The notes under the pieces are model-generated. The model was not told the DNA's origin and ran no database searches. It saw only the letters and a program-made list of their open reading frames with translations. From assembly GCA_963719315.1 (NCBI GenBank), contig CAVRBU010000010.1:1-64000 (forward strand): DNA of 64,000 bases. Reading direction: 5' to 3'. The position numbers were made by a program, and so were the translations under genes. Source of the DNA: an uncultured Planctomycetota bacterium (lineage in GTDB: Bacteria > Planctomycetota > Planctomycetia > Pirellulales > Lacipirellulaceae). This document shows, piece by piece, positions 9,478 through 19,962 of the stretch; position 1 is the first letter of the stretch, and each line of letters starts with the position of its first letter.

Positions 9478-11133
9478 TCAGGTGTAATCAAACGCATCCA
9501 CGAACGGCTTCAATATTTCCTGGTACGGCTCCAACTGGCGGGCGTAATTTCGCCAGCGCCCGATCGAGCTCGAATAAACGGGCTTCGTGACCGCTTCGTA
9601 CGTTGGTGAATGTACGTGCTTTCGCTGCGCGCGACGGTGATATTCCAAGACGTTCGCGTCCCAGGGCAAGCCCAAGAAGTCGAGTACCTTTCGCGACTGC
9701 CCCTCCAGGTCGGCAACCATGTCTTCGTAGCGGATTTCAACCCACGAATTGCACAGCATTCCACGAAGCTTAAACCAGGCCTGCATCATTTTAGCGTATT
9801 TCTTCGCGGTACCTTCCAGCGTCAAGTAATGAACGCTCACTGGGTTCAGCGGTAATTGCTGCATGAAACAACTGATCACAACATCCCGCGGATCGCGCAA
9901 CGCAAACAGGATTTTCATCTCGGGAAATACCCGCGCCACCAGCGGGAGGAGCATCGTCAGTTCTGGGTTCTTGTCGATCAACACGCGACCGTTGATCGAC
10001 TCGCGCAGGGCTCCCTCCATGCTGGCCCAATAAACTCGCCGCACTTCGTTCAAGTCCTCGATCGAAGTGCGGTCCAGCACCAGCGGAACCGGGTCTTCCG
10101 ACTTCTCCTTTTGACCAAGCGGAATGTAAACCATCTCCGACATGATCTGCAGTTCATCGGCGCTAATGGCGCCTGGGTGACTATCAAGCACCTGTTCCAA
10201 CAACGTGGTGCCACTTCGCGGGTGGCTGGTGAGCAATGCCAATTTGCCATCGAAGGGCGCGAATTCACCCCCTGCGGCGGCCCATCGTTCGCAGTGTTCG
10301 CGGGTCGTTGTGGCGATGGTCCTGCCGGCGACACGGGCAATGTTCCAGGCATCGTCCAAATAGGGCGCCGCCGCGCCGCTGAGAATCTTCTTCGCCCGCG
10401 TGAGCGCGTCGAACGCGTCGTCATATCGCCCGGCCTTATCGTACAGCGAAGCGACCTGATACCAAGAGTCGGCAAGCACGCCAAGCGACGCTTTTCGATC
10501 GTCGATTAGTTTGTTCCATTTCGCCTCGGCGCCTTGCACATCGCCGGCGCGGCGGTCGATATTTGCCAGCACGTACTCCGCCACATAGAAACCTGGAGCG
10601 GTCACAATTGCTTCCTCGGCACATTGCCTGGCGTTGGCCAAGTCATGTAGCCGCTCGTACATCTTGGCCAGTTCCAACAGAACTTGCGGCTTCTCCGGCA
10701 AGTCGGGCGCCAGCTCCAGCGAACGTCGAAAGCAGGCAATCGCCCGATCGAACTGCTGGATTTGCACGTACGAATGCCCCAGCATCTGCTGCAGATGGGC
10801 GTCGTTCGGGTGAAGTGAGTTGGCCAGATCGACCAGTTTTTCGGCATCGGCGAAACGATAACGGAGCGCGTAGGCGCGGGCCACGTCGACGAGCAAGGTT
10901 GGGTTGTGCGGGTCGCGAGCCAAGGCTCGCTCGTAGTACCAGATAGCTTCGTCGTAACGATGCTGTTCCCAGGCTTTCTGGGCCTTTTCGACGCGGACAT
11001 CAACGACTGGCCTGGCCGGACTGCCAGGCCGATTTTTCCCCTCGGAGTTGGAACGCTTCGCTTCGACCCTCATACGCTGATTGACGCTGGGCGGCTTGCG
11101 GCGAAGCGGCTTTTTGTTCGGTTTACGAGCCAT
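9478..11133 (-). CDS. TPR-repeat sulfotransferase (Sulfotransfer_3/TPST-like)
   Basis: Several TPR repeats; SHPRSGTTLLEQ, DKNP, RDPRDVVIS, IRYEDMV. Confidence 0.9.
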   Translation of the reverse strand: MARKPNKKPLRRKPPSVNQRMRVEAKRSNSEGKNRPGSPARPVVDVRVEKAQKAWEQHRYDEAIWYYERALARDPHNPTLLVDVARAYALRYRFADAEKLVDLANSLHPNDAHLQQMLGHSYVQIQQFDRAIACFRRSLELAPDLPEKPQVLLELAKMYERLHDLANARQCAEEAIVTAPGFYVAEYVLANIDRRAGDVQGAEAKWNKLIDDRKASLGVLADSWYQVASLYDKAGRYDDAFDALTRAKKILSGAAAPYLDDAWNIARVAGRTIATTTREHCERWAAAGGEFAPFDGKLALLTSHPRSGTTLLEQVLDSHPGAISADELQIMSEMVYIPLGQKEKSEDPVPLVLDRTSIEDLNEVRRVYWASMEGALRESINGRVLIDKNPELTMLLPLVARVFPEMKILFALRDPRDVVISCFMQQLPLNPVSVHYLTLEGTAKKYAKMMQAWFKLRGMLCNSWVEIRYEDMVADLEGQSRKVLDFLGLPWDANVLEYHRRAQRKHVHSPTYEAVTKPVYSSSIGRWRNYARQLEPYQEILKPFVDAFDYT

Positions 11134-11252
11134 GCGTGCTGCGCGGTCGCCAAGCGGGCCGAATCGAACTCGGAATGGGGAATCCTCTTCATTGTAGTTC
11201 GCCGTCGCCAATTCCGACATTGTGGAGCGGATGCCGTATGTAACTCTGGCCA

Positions 11253-11290
11253 CAAAAAGAACGGCCGACCACCCACAGGCAGCCGGCCGC
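11253..11290 (-). terminator. Intrinsic terminator after PEP-CTERM gene
   Basis: Minus-strand stem CGGCCGGC...GTCGGCCG followed by TTCTTTTT. Confidence 0.55.
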
Positions 11291-11325
11291 TCGAATTACG
11301 GATGATTGTAGCGCCCACCAACCAA

Positions 11326-12099
11326 CTAACGCCAACGTCGGCACGCTAGGAGCGATACCCCGCCCATGCCGACGAGAATGATCGTCGCCGGCTCTGGAAC
11401 TGGGGCGGACGTCAGCGACGCATCGTCCACGGCGCCGTCGTCGCCTATCCAAAACCCGACGCCAACTGGATGGCCAATCTCTGGCGCGCCCGACGAAACC
11501 GTGTGGCTGAGGCTGATCTGAGTCCAATTCGCCTGGCTTTCGGCCGTCGTCATGGCCAACTGTCGGTTCACGAAGTCGAAGGTGTCTGGAGCGTAGCGCT
11601 GAACCTCGAGCGAATTCGCTTCACTGAACGGGATGGACCCATCGAATAGATACAGAAACACGCGACTCGATGAACCGGAGGCATCGATATCGCCCTGCGC
11701 CCACAACGAGAACGTGTACGTCGTGTCGGCTTCGAAGACAGCACCCGATGATTGTGCACTGTAGTGAAACAATCCGTGCATCGCCTGATCGCCCGTTCGC
11801 GGCGCGGCGCGGCGATGTGCAGCGCTGCTTTCACCATAGGTGGTATTGTAAAGCCAGTTGCTATCGGCATCGTCTTGCGTATAACCCGGCGGGCTGTCCA
11901 AATCATCGACCCAAGCGCTTGTCGGCCTATAAGTGCCATACGCACCGGTGGCATAAGCATAACCGCGTGATGGAACCACGTAATCCTCGAAGCTCGGATC
12001 ACCCAGCGGGATGTTAACGGCGTATGCCATTCCCGGCACAAAAATGCCGGCCGCCACGATTGCGGCTGAGAGTTTTTTCCACCAATGAGTAACCTTCAT
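11326..12099 (-). CDS. PEP-CTERM surface protein
   Basis: Signal peptide ending AYA; C-terminal VPEPATIILVGMGGVSLLACRRWR. Confidence 0.9.
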   Translation of the reverse strand: MKVTHWWKKLSAAIVAAGIFVPGMAYAVNIPLGDPSFEDYVVPSRGYAYATGAYGTYRPTSAWVDDLDSPPGYTQDDADSNWLYNTTYGESSAAHRRAAPRTGDQAMHGLFHYSAQSSGAVFEADTTYTFSLWAQGDIDASGSSSRVFLYLFDGSIPFSEANSLEVQRYAPDTFDFVNRQLAMTTAESQANWTQISLSHTVSSGAPEIGHPVGVGFWIGDDGAVDDASLTSAPVPEPATIILVGMGGVSLLACRRWR

Positions 12100-12545
12100 T
12101 AGGCGAGTCTCCGCGTTGGTTTAGCGATATCCAGACATTTCCCGATACTTTCAATGTAATAACCAACCAACTTGCCGCAATGGTTTTTCGCGCAGATATT
12201 TTGTTTTTTCAGCAGAATTGTCTCAAACACGATTCGCTATCCGAAGCTGCTGGAAGTGAGTTCCGGCCACCTCGGAAAGGTGTTTCGCCCTTCTTCCGCG
12301 ATCCTCTCCGAATGGCAGAATCGGCCCGCACCGGCTCCTGCTCTACGGTTCTATTCCAGCGGTTTTTGCTCGATTATGATAGGTGAGCGTCCGCATCAAG
12401 CTGCCAATGTTGGGCATGGAGTTGGAGCGCATTTACATGGCGAGATCCTTCTGCAAATGGCCCCGAATACAACGACCGGGCGGAATTCGGCGTACCTTCC
12501 GCTCAAAATGCTCTTCTCGCCTCGGCTTGTGAGTACTTCGCGCAC

Positions 12546-13703
12546 ATGATTCACAGCCGTCGAGTTTGCCTGCTGATTGATACCTCGACTTCCTGGGGCT
12601 CTCGACTCATCAAGGGCGTCAGTCGCCACGCGCAAGAGGCCGGAGACTGGCTAATCCATGTTGAGCCGTGGGGCCGCTATGAACACTTTCGCGTGCCGCG
12701 GGGATGGGATGGTCACGGGATCATCGCCCGGATCAGCCATCAATCGTTGGCTGATGAAATCGTGGCAATGAGACTGCCGGCCGTTAATCTTTCGTGGTTT
12801 CCGGCTCGCGGAAATCGGATCGCACAGTGCACGGTGGATCCAGTCGCAAGCGGGCAAATGGCGGCGGAATACTTTTTGTCAGCCGGGCACAAGCAATTCG
12901 CTTTTTGCGGCCCGCTGAGGGAGTTGCGCTATCGCGACGGCTACGCGGAATCGTTTTGCAGCGCCCTAAAGAAGAAAGGGCTTACCTGCAACGTCTACCA
13001 GTCACCGGGAGGAGACCAGCAAACGATTGCGTGGGACACGCACCTGGCAAGCCTGGTCGAATGGCTCAATCAACTTCCGCGTCCCGTGGCGATGCTTTGC
13101 TGGAGCGCGGCCCGAGGCCGTCAGGTCACCGAAGCCTGTCACTACGCCGGCATCCGAGTCCCGGACGAAGTGTCCGTCCTAGGCGGCGACCACGACGAAT
13201 TGATGTCGCACATTTCCAGCCCGCCCTTATCGACCATCGATCAGCCGGCCGAGCAAATCGGATACGAGGCTGCAAAATTGTTGGAAGGAATGATGCGCGG
13301 TAAGAAAACGCGCAAGCGCCCCCTCTTCCTTCCTCCGACGGGGATTATCGTTCGTCACTCGACCGATACGCTGGCTATTGATGATGAAATCGTACGCGAT
13401 GCGTTGCACCTGATTCGCGACCGCGCCCAAGAGGGAATCCGCGTGTCCGAGGTCGTGCGCGAATTGGCCGTGGCCCGGCGGGCATTGGAACAGCGGTTTG
13501 TGCGATTGGTCGGGCGCACACCGGCGGCTGAAATCCGTCGCGTCCGCATTGAAGCAGCCAAACGACTGCTCGTCGAATCCGATCGGTCGATTGCCAACAT
13601 CAGCCGGGCCACCGGTTTCGGGCATCAGGATCTCTTCTCGCGCGTTTTCCGCCGCGGCGTCGGGATGACGCCAAGCCAGTTCCGCCATCAGCATCAGCAT
13701 TAG
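12546..13703 (+). CDS. XylR-type regulator (LacI-like sensor plus AraC HTH)
   Basis: GIRVPDEVSVLG, PPLSTID, C-terminal RRALEQRF...GFGHQDLFSRVFRRGVGMTPSQFR. Confidence 0.9.
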   Translation: MIHSRRVCLLIDTSTSWGSRLIKGVSRHAQEAGDWLIHVEPWGRYEHFRVPRGWDGHGIIARISHQSLADEIVAMRLPAVNLSWFPARGNRIAQCTVDPVASGQMAAEYFLSAGHKQFAFCGPLRELRYRDGYAESFCSALKKKGLTCNVYQSPGGDQQTIAWDTHLASLVEWLNQLPRPVAMLCWSAARGRQVTEACHYAGIRVPDEVSVLGGDHDELMSHISSPPLSTIDQPAEQIGYEAAKLLEGMMRGKKTRKRPLFLPPTGIIVRHSTDTLAIDDEIVRDALHLIRDRAQEGIRVSEVVRELAVARRALEQRFVRLVGRTPAAEIRRVRIEAAKRLLVESDRSIANISRATGFGHQDLFSRVFRRGVGMTPSQFRHQHQH

Positions 13704-14062
13704 GCCCAGGGCTAAATTGCCAAAAGAAATGCGCGAGATTTGGGCACAACCTTTCACACACAATGCCTATTATCGGTTAAAATCACTTTTGTGGCCGCCT
13801 CACAGTTCGTGTGGGTGCCCTTCACCCGATCTTAACTCGTGGCGGCTACAAATCGTTTGGCATCGCCGGGCAATAGCGAAGCTCAAAATGCTGGCGTGAA
13901 GTCGAGAGTTAGTTGCGGTAATTATTGCCGCTGAGGAATTCTTGCCGGTTGTGTAGCAGCGTTCTTGCGAGGACTTAACCATCGGAGCGCATCGTATTCA
14001 GTGACGGGCGCCCACTTGCAATCGAAGTCGTTGACAAATCATTCGTCAATAGGAGGCTCGCA

Positions 14063-15028
14063 ATGGCAGCGCGCCGTTCGCTTCATCGCGGTTTCACGCT
14101 GGTCGAACTTCTCGTCGTGATCGCCATTATCGGCATTCTTGTGGCCCTGCTGCTGCCGGCCGTGCAAGCGGCGCGCGAAGCGGCCCGCCGCTCCCAGTGC
14201 ATCAACAATCTCAAGCAGATGACGCTGGGTACGCTCAACCTCGAAAACGCGAAGAAAGAACTGCCTCGCCTGTACACTTGGATTCCGCCGAACGTTAAGG
14301 ATCCGGATATTGGCTACCTCATCTACCTGTTGCCGTACATGGAATATCAGTCCGTTTACGATCAATACGATTTCACCGTCAAGTGGAGCCATTTCAAGAA
14401 TAAGCCCGCCACTGAGGTAAACATTCCCGAATTCATCTGCCCCTCGGCTCCGGCGATCGGCGAGCGCAGCCGCGAAAGCCCGAATTTTCCGCAAGGCTCC
14501 TATACGGACTACGCCGTCAACGGGCGTGTCGCTCCCTCGGCCGTCTGTATTCTCAAAACCACACCCGGTTTTAAGGACCGTCCGGATTGGCAGAATCTGA
14601 TCACCGGCGTCCCGGAGTATGCAAACTACGATACGGGCGGCTGCCCGCCGGGGCTGCTTAAGAAGCAATCCGGCATTACGAAGTTCAAGATGTGTACCGA
14701 TGGATTATCGCACACGATTATGTATTCGCCCGACGCGGGGCGGCCGGACCTGTATGTCGACGGTGTGAAACAATCCGCGGTAACAAACGTTTCCGGCTCC
14801 CGTTGGGCTAGTCCCGACGAGGAGTTCTGGACACATAACATTTGCGCCGGCGCCAATTCGATGATCAATTGCAACAACGACAATGAGGTATATGCATTTC
14901 ACGTCGGTGGTGGAATGTTCTCGTTCGCGGATGGCTCCGTTCACTTCATCGCCGACAATTTGGACATCGACGTTCAGGTTTCACTCAATACGCGAGCCGG
15001 TGAAGACACGACGGTTGGCGCCGAATAG
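14063..15028 (+). CDS. DUF1559 prepilin-like protein
   Basis: [45 protein letters not shown]9-DG tail ([14 protein letters not shown]). Confidence 0.95.
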   Translation: MAARRSLHRGFTLVELLVVIAIIGILVALLLPAVQAAREAARRSQCINNLKQMTLGTLNLENAKKELPRLYTWIPPNVKDPDIGYLIYLLPYMEYQSVYDQYDFTVKWSHFKNKPATEVNIPEFICPSAPAIGERSRESPNFPQGSYTDYAVNGRVAPSAVCILKTTPGFKDRPDWQNLITGVPEYANYDTGGCPPGLLKKQSGITKFKMCTDGLSHTIMYSPDAGRPDLYVDGVKQSAVTNVSGSRWASPDEEFWTHNICAGANSMINCNNDNEVYAFHVGGGMFSFADGSVHFIADNLDIDVQVSLNTRAGEDTTVGAE

Positions 15029-15041
15029 GTCGCTTCAAGAA

Positions 15042-15629
15042 ATGATGCTGATACCAAGAGTTACAACGGGAAGCCCCTGGCACAGCCAACCGCGCAATGC
15101 GCGCTTGCCCGCCGCTGCGCTCGGCCCGGGGTCAGCGGTCGCCCTCCAGCTTAACACTTTTCGCGTCGCATTACTGTTCGCCGCCATGGCGTTGGTGGTC
15201 TCAGCGGCCGGCTGCAACGGCAAATCGCGGCTGGCGGTATCGCCCGTTCGAGGACGCGTCGTGTATCGCGGCCAGGGCGTTCCGAAAGCGATCGTGATTT
15301 TCGTTCCCGAGGATGACGTGGCCGACAAAGCAAAAAAACTGCGGCCCTTCGCCTACGCCGATAATCAAGGAAATTTCGAGTTGAAGACCTACGTGGATGG
15401 CGACGGGGCCCCTCCGGGCAAGTATCGTGTAAGTATCGTCGCCGCATCATCCGGCAATACGGGCGGCGTCACCAAGGATCAGCCTGCCGGTGACAATGGA
15501 TTGCCGACAGGGCAAGGCGTTGCGATCCCTCCGGCGGTGACGCAGAAATACCAGAATGTTGATACGGCCGGAATCGAAGTGACGATCCACGAAGGCGAGA
15601 ACAACCTGGAGCCATTCGTACTTGGCTAA
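15042..15629 (+). CDS. DUF1559-associated lipoprotein (carboxypeptidase-regulatory-like fold)
   Basis: Lipobox AAGC, VRGRVVYRG, DGAPPGKYRV. Start codon uncertain. Confidence 0.8.
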   Translation: MMLIPRVTTGSPWHSQPRNARLPAAALGPGSAVALQLNTFRVALLFAAMALVVSAAGCNGKSRLAVSPVRGRVVYRGQGVPKAIVIFVPEDDVADKAKKLRPFAYADNQGNFELKTYVDGDGAPPGKYRVSIVAASSGNTGGVTKDQPAGDNGLPTGQGVAIPPAVTQKYQNVDTAGIEVTIHEGENNLEPFVLG

Positions 15630-15799
15630 GCGTATGAAGACACCGTATGAAAACACCGCCGTACTCAAGCGTTCGACTTCCGCCGGTGCAATTGCGAAGC
15701 GCTGCTATTTCAAATCGGTTGAATCATAATTGACCGTGTTCGTCGCCGGGGGCGCGGCATCCGCCAAATCTCGAATGACATCATTTTGGAGAATGACCG

Positions 15800-17194
15800 A
15801 TGAAGGTAACTGACCTGCGGAGAAAGCTGTTGGCGGCTCTCGCGGCCGGAGGAATGCTTGCTCCGAGTGCGATATTTGCGGCCAACCTCGATACCAACCT
15901 GGCCGTCAATGGCGATTTCGAAAACGTCGATATCAATACTATTCTGGGTGGGGCCGTCAAAATCCTTAATTGGGATGCCGGAACCGATATCGGTTACGCT
16001 TACTCGCATACCGGCGCTCTCGACGGAATGGGAAATGTGATTCCGGACTATGCCAACGGTGGCCCTCTGGCATCGGGAGGTAATTTCTATTTCACGCCCA
16101 ATGCCACGCCCGGCGATATTCACGTCGCCGGACAGATGACTCAACTGATCGATGTCTCCTCTGGCACGACCGGAAGCCTTATCGCCACCGGCAACGCCGC
16201 CTACAAAATGAGCGCGTACTTCAGCAGCTATGCAAATGACCTCGACTTCGGCAGCGTTTATGCCCAATTCCTCGACAGCTCGATGACCGTGCTTGGCGCT
16301 GCTCAGGTTGACGACAATGATACTACCACCTGGTCGCAGAATTTCGGCGGCGGACTGATACCCGTCGGCACGGCTACCGTCAAGCTCTCCATTTTCGGGA
16401 CGCGTATTACCGGCGGCGGGCCCGATGGCTATATCGACAATGTGGATTTCCGAGTCACGAATGAAGTCATCCAACCGGAGCTAGCAATCACGGTCGACAG
16501 GGACACCGGCGCCATCACGTTGAAAAATCAAACCGGGCAACCGGTTTCGTTCAAGAGTTATTCGATCACGTCGGCATTTGAGGCGTTGCAACCCGCGAGT
16601 TGGAAATCGATCACCGATAATTACGACGCAGGCAATTCCGGTCCGAACCAGGTCGATGCCGCGCATAACTGGAGCAAACTGACCGACCCCACCGCCAATG
16701 GCGATTTAAGCGAAGCCGATCTCGACAGCGGAATAGGGGCCACGCTGCCCCATACGATTTCGGTGAGCATCGGCAATGCCGGAGCGTGGATTAGAACCCC
16801 CACCGAGGATCTGGTATTTCAATACATCTCCGGTTCGCAGATCAAGCAAGGAATAGTCCAGTACACTGGCCATGGCGATGCTCCTTTCGCGGTTGGCGAC
16901 CTCAATACCGATGGCGTTATCAATACGGCCGACTGGATAATACTCCGCGACAATCAACTTGCCGATCTCAGCGCTGACTCATTCGCCGAGGCATATCGTC
17001 TCGGCGATCTCACGGGCGATCATCTGAACAATCACGCCGATTTCGTGTTGTTCAAAGCCGCCTATGACACGTTTAATGGCGCCAGTGCTTTTGCCGCGAT
17101 GCTGGCCGCGGTCCCGGAACCTTCGACGATTATTGTGGTCCTATCGGCCGGAGTATTTGTTATCCCGACTCTGCGACGCAGGTCGAATCGCTAG
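15800..17194 (+). CDS. PEP-CTERM surface protein with dockerin-like repeats
   Basis: Signal peptide; GDLNTDGVINTADW; VPEP-TM-RRR. Confidence 0.9.
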   Translation: MKVTDLRRKLLAALAAGGMLAPSAIFAANLDTNLAVNGDFENVDINTILGGAVKILNWDAGTDIGYAYSHTGALDGMGNVIPDYANGGPLASGGNFYFTPNATPGDIHVAGQMTQLIDVSSGTTGSLIATGNAAYKMSAYFSSYANDLDFGSVYAQFLDSSMTVLGAAQVDDNDTTTWSQNFGGGLIPVGTATVKLSIFGTRITGGGPDGYIDNVDFRVTNEVIQPELAITVDRDTGAITLKNQTGQPVSFKSYSITSAFEALQPASWKSITDNYDAGNSGPNQVDAAHNWSKLTDPTANGDLSEADLDSGIGATLPHTISVSIGNAGAWIRTPTEDLVFQYISGSQIKQGIVQYTGHGDAPFAVGDLNTDGVINTADWIILRDNQLADLSADSFAEAYRLGDLTGDHLNNHADFVLFKAAYDTFNGASAFAAMLAAVPEPSTIIVVLSAGVFVIPTLRRRSNR

Positions 17195-17265
17195 TCATCC
17201 CCAAAAGTTTCGCAAAGCAGATCATCATCAACTAAGAAGCAAGCACGCCTTCGCGGAGTACTTCG

Positions 17266-18649
17266 ATGAAAGTTTCGAACTGGCGCAGAAAACTAATCGC
17301 GAGCATCATCGCCGGAGGAGCGCTGGCCCACGGCGCTGCCTACGCCGTCAATATCCCGCTCGGAGACCCGAGCTTTGAGGACTACACCGTGCCGGCATCG
17401 CCAGGTTATGCCTATGCGGCGCCTCCCTTTGGCTCCTATCGTCCAACGAGCGCCTGGGTGGACGATTTGGATAGCCCGCCGGGCTACACGCAAGACGACG
17501 GCGATAGCAATTGGCTGTACGACGCGGCTTACGGGGAGGCTACGCGCCACTCATCGGCGACCGGCGCCGCGCACCGGCAACCAGGCGATGCATGGTCTGT
17601 TCAACTTCAACGCCCAGAAAGTTACTGACACCTTCGCGGCGGAAAAGATTTATACGTTTTCCATTTATGCCCAAGGCGATATCGATGCCACCGGCTCATC
17701 GAGTCGTGTTTGGTTGTATATGTTCGACGGCTCCCAGCCGTTCACGGAAGAAGCATCGCTCGAAGCCAAACGTTTCGCGCCGGACACGGGGGATTTCGTC
17801 AATCGAGGCGCCGCAGATACCTCCGTGCAAAGCAAGGCAAAATGGACCCAGATTTCGCTTAGTCACACGGTTTTTCCCGGCGATCCTGCGATTGGCAAAC
17901 AAATCGGCGCTGCCTTTTGGATTGCTGACGACGGAGCAGTCGATGACGCTTCACTGCAGGTCGATGACGCGATTAACCATCTAATGATTCTGGAAGTCAA
18001 CACGACCAATGGCCAAACGCGGATCCGCAACCAGACCGGTGCGGCCATTAGCATCGACTATTACGACATTGCGAGCGCCGGCAATGCCTTGAACCCCACC
18101 GCCTGGAACAGCCTGCAGGAGCAAAACCTGGCCGGCTTCCCCGCCGGCAACGGCACTGGCAACGGATGGGAGGAAGCCGGTGGCAGTAGTGCGAAAGGAG
18201 TGGGCGAATCGTACCTGACCGGCAGTAGTGCGGTCGCAAGCAGTGCGACGGTCGGCCTAGGCGCGGCTTTCAATGTTGGCGGCGCGCACGACCTGATTTT
18301 CCAATATGGTGCGCTGACCTCGGCCACGGCAAACCCGACCGGCGACTACAACAATAATGGCGTCGTGGATGGTGCGGACTATGTGTTATGGCGTAACGGC
18401 GGACCATTGTTGAACGATCCCACGCCAGGCGTTCAGCCCGCGGATTATGACGTCTGGAGGGCAAACTTCGGCCACACCGGCGGCCCTACGGGGCCAAGCT
18501 CGCTCTCCAGGGGCTTGGTCCACTACGTGACGTCGTTCTCGGGAATTGGTTCTGGTTCCGCCGTCCCCGAACCATCGTGCGTGTTTCTGGCCGGTTTCGG
18601 CCTGGCCACTTTGGCGATTGGCGGCCGGCGGAGAACAACGCTTACTTGA
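17266..18649 (+). CDS. PEP-CTERM surface protein, frameshift near 17550; paralog of 11326..12099
   Basis: ORFs 17266..17628 and 17375..18649 join into one protein colinear with the 11326 protein; ends VPEP-TM-RRR. Confidence 0.85.
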
Positions 18650-18728
18650 TGCTGAGAAAGCCAGCCCAATTGCGATTCGCCTTGCTGAACAGTGACGTGT
18701 ACTTACTCGATTCGAGAGGACGATAACC

Positions 18729-19880
18729 ATGAACATCCGCCAACGGTTTCTCACCGCTTTGACTGGAGTCGCCGTGAGCATGTGCCTCGCTGGCTTCGTG
18801 CAAGCGAACGGAACATTGATCCGCTGGCACAAGATGGGCGAAGAAGAGGGTGGCACGAACAACACAGCGGTTAGCGTCACCCTCGACAGTCCCGTCGACG
18901 GCAGCGACATTCAGCCGCTCGATCTGACGGCTTCGAACTCGCCGACGTATCGGACGATTTCGGGCAGACCGGACGGCGGCGCCGGCATCGGAATCGAGTT
19001 TAACGCCGCGTCGCAGCAGAACTTGTTCGGTCAGTCGCTGAACTGGCCGGAAGAATCGGCCTTGAGCGATACCCAGGGCGGCCTTTATGACCTGACGGGC
19101 ATTTCGAACCGCGGCTTCCAGTTTTGGGTCCGTCCGACCTCGACCACCGTTCAATCGCTCGTCATGGACACTAATCAGCACGGCGTACGGATCTCGAACG
19201 GCAAGTTTTCCATGCGCTACGCGGGTGTGGACTACGACTCCTCGGTCTCCGTCTCAACCAACACGTGGTACCATGTCGAACTCGTGCGGCCGGCCGGAGT
19301 CGCGAACGGTTCGATATTGTACGTCAATGGCATTGCCGCCGCTGTGGCCAAGCCGGGAAACGACTATTCGGCGGATAATTTCACGAACATGACCGTCGGC
19401 TCGAACACGACCAGCGATGACGAGTTCTTTAGTGGCATCGTCGACGACTTGCGGATGTTCGTCCTGGGAACCACCACCTCGACCGCACATATCAATTACG
19501 GCGCCTTCAACTTTGCCACCGACAACGCGTTCGCCGCTTCGCCAGTTACCGGACTGAAGGGAGTGGCCGGGGACGTCAATAACGACGGGTTGCTGACCCC
19601 GGCCGATAAAAACAACTTCATCGCCGGCTGGATGGATAAGCGGCTGGTCAACGGCTTCCAAGTGGGTGATCTGATTTCGCATGCACAAGGCGACCTGAAC
19701 TTCGACGGCATCACGAACATCCAGGACCTGTTATTGATGCAGAACGCGCTGATCGGCGCCGGAATCGGCACCATCACTGCCGGCGATTTGGCCAGCGTGC
19801 CCGAGCCCACGTCCGTACTGCTCGCGATTCTCGCGGTCTCCCCGTTTGCCGTCGGACGGCGTCGGCGGATTCGTGCCTGA
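18729..19880 (+). CDS. LamG/ConA-like PEP-CTERM protein
   Basis: NTWYHVELV, LYVNG, FFSGIVDDLRMF, dockerin-like GD repeats, VPEP. Confidence 0.85.
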   Translation: MNIRQRFLTALTGVAVSMCLAGFVQANGTLIRWHKMGEEEGGTNNTAVSVTLDSPVDGSDIQPLDLTASNSPTYRTISGRPDGGAGIGIEFNAASQQNLFGQSLNWPEESALSDTQGGLYDLTGISNRGFQFWVRPTSTTVQSLVMDTNQHGVRISNGKFSMRYAGVDYDSSVSVSTNTWYHVELVRPAGVANGSILYVNGIAAAVAKPGNDYSADNFTNMTVGSNTTSDDEFFSGIVDDLRMFVLGTTTSTAHINYGAFNFATDNAFAASPVTGLKGVAGDVNNDGLLTPADKNNFIAGWMDKRLVNGFQVGDLISHAQGDLNFDGITNIQDLLLMQNALIGAGIGTITAGDLASVPEPTSVLLAILAVSPFAVGRRRRIRA

Positions 19881-19962
19881 CATCTGCTGTTGACGAAACA
19901 GTCGATATCGTAAGAATCGAATCGCTTCACGCCGCGCTTGGCGATACTGCTGCGAGGATTCC

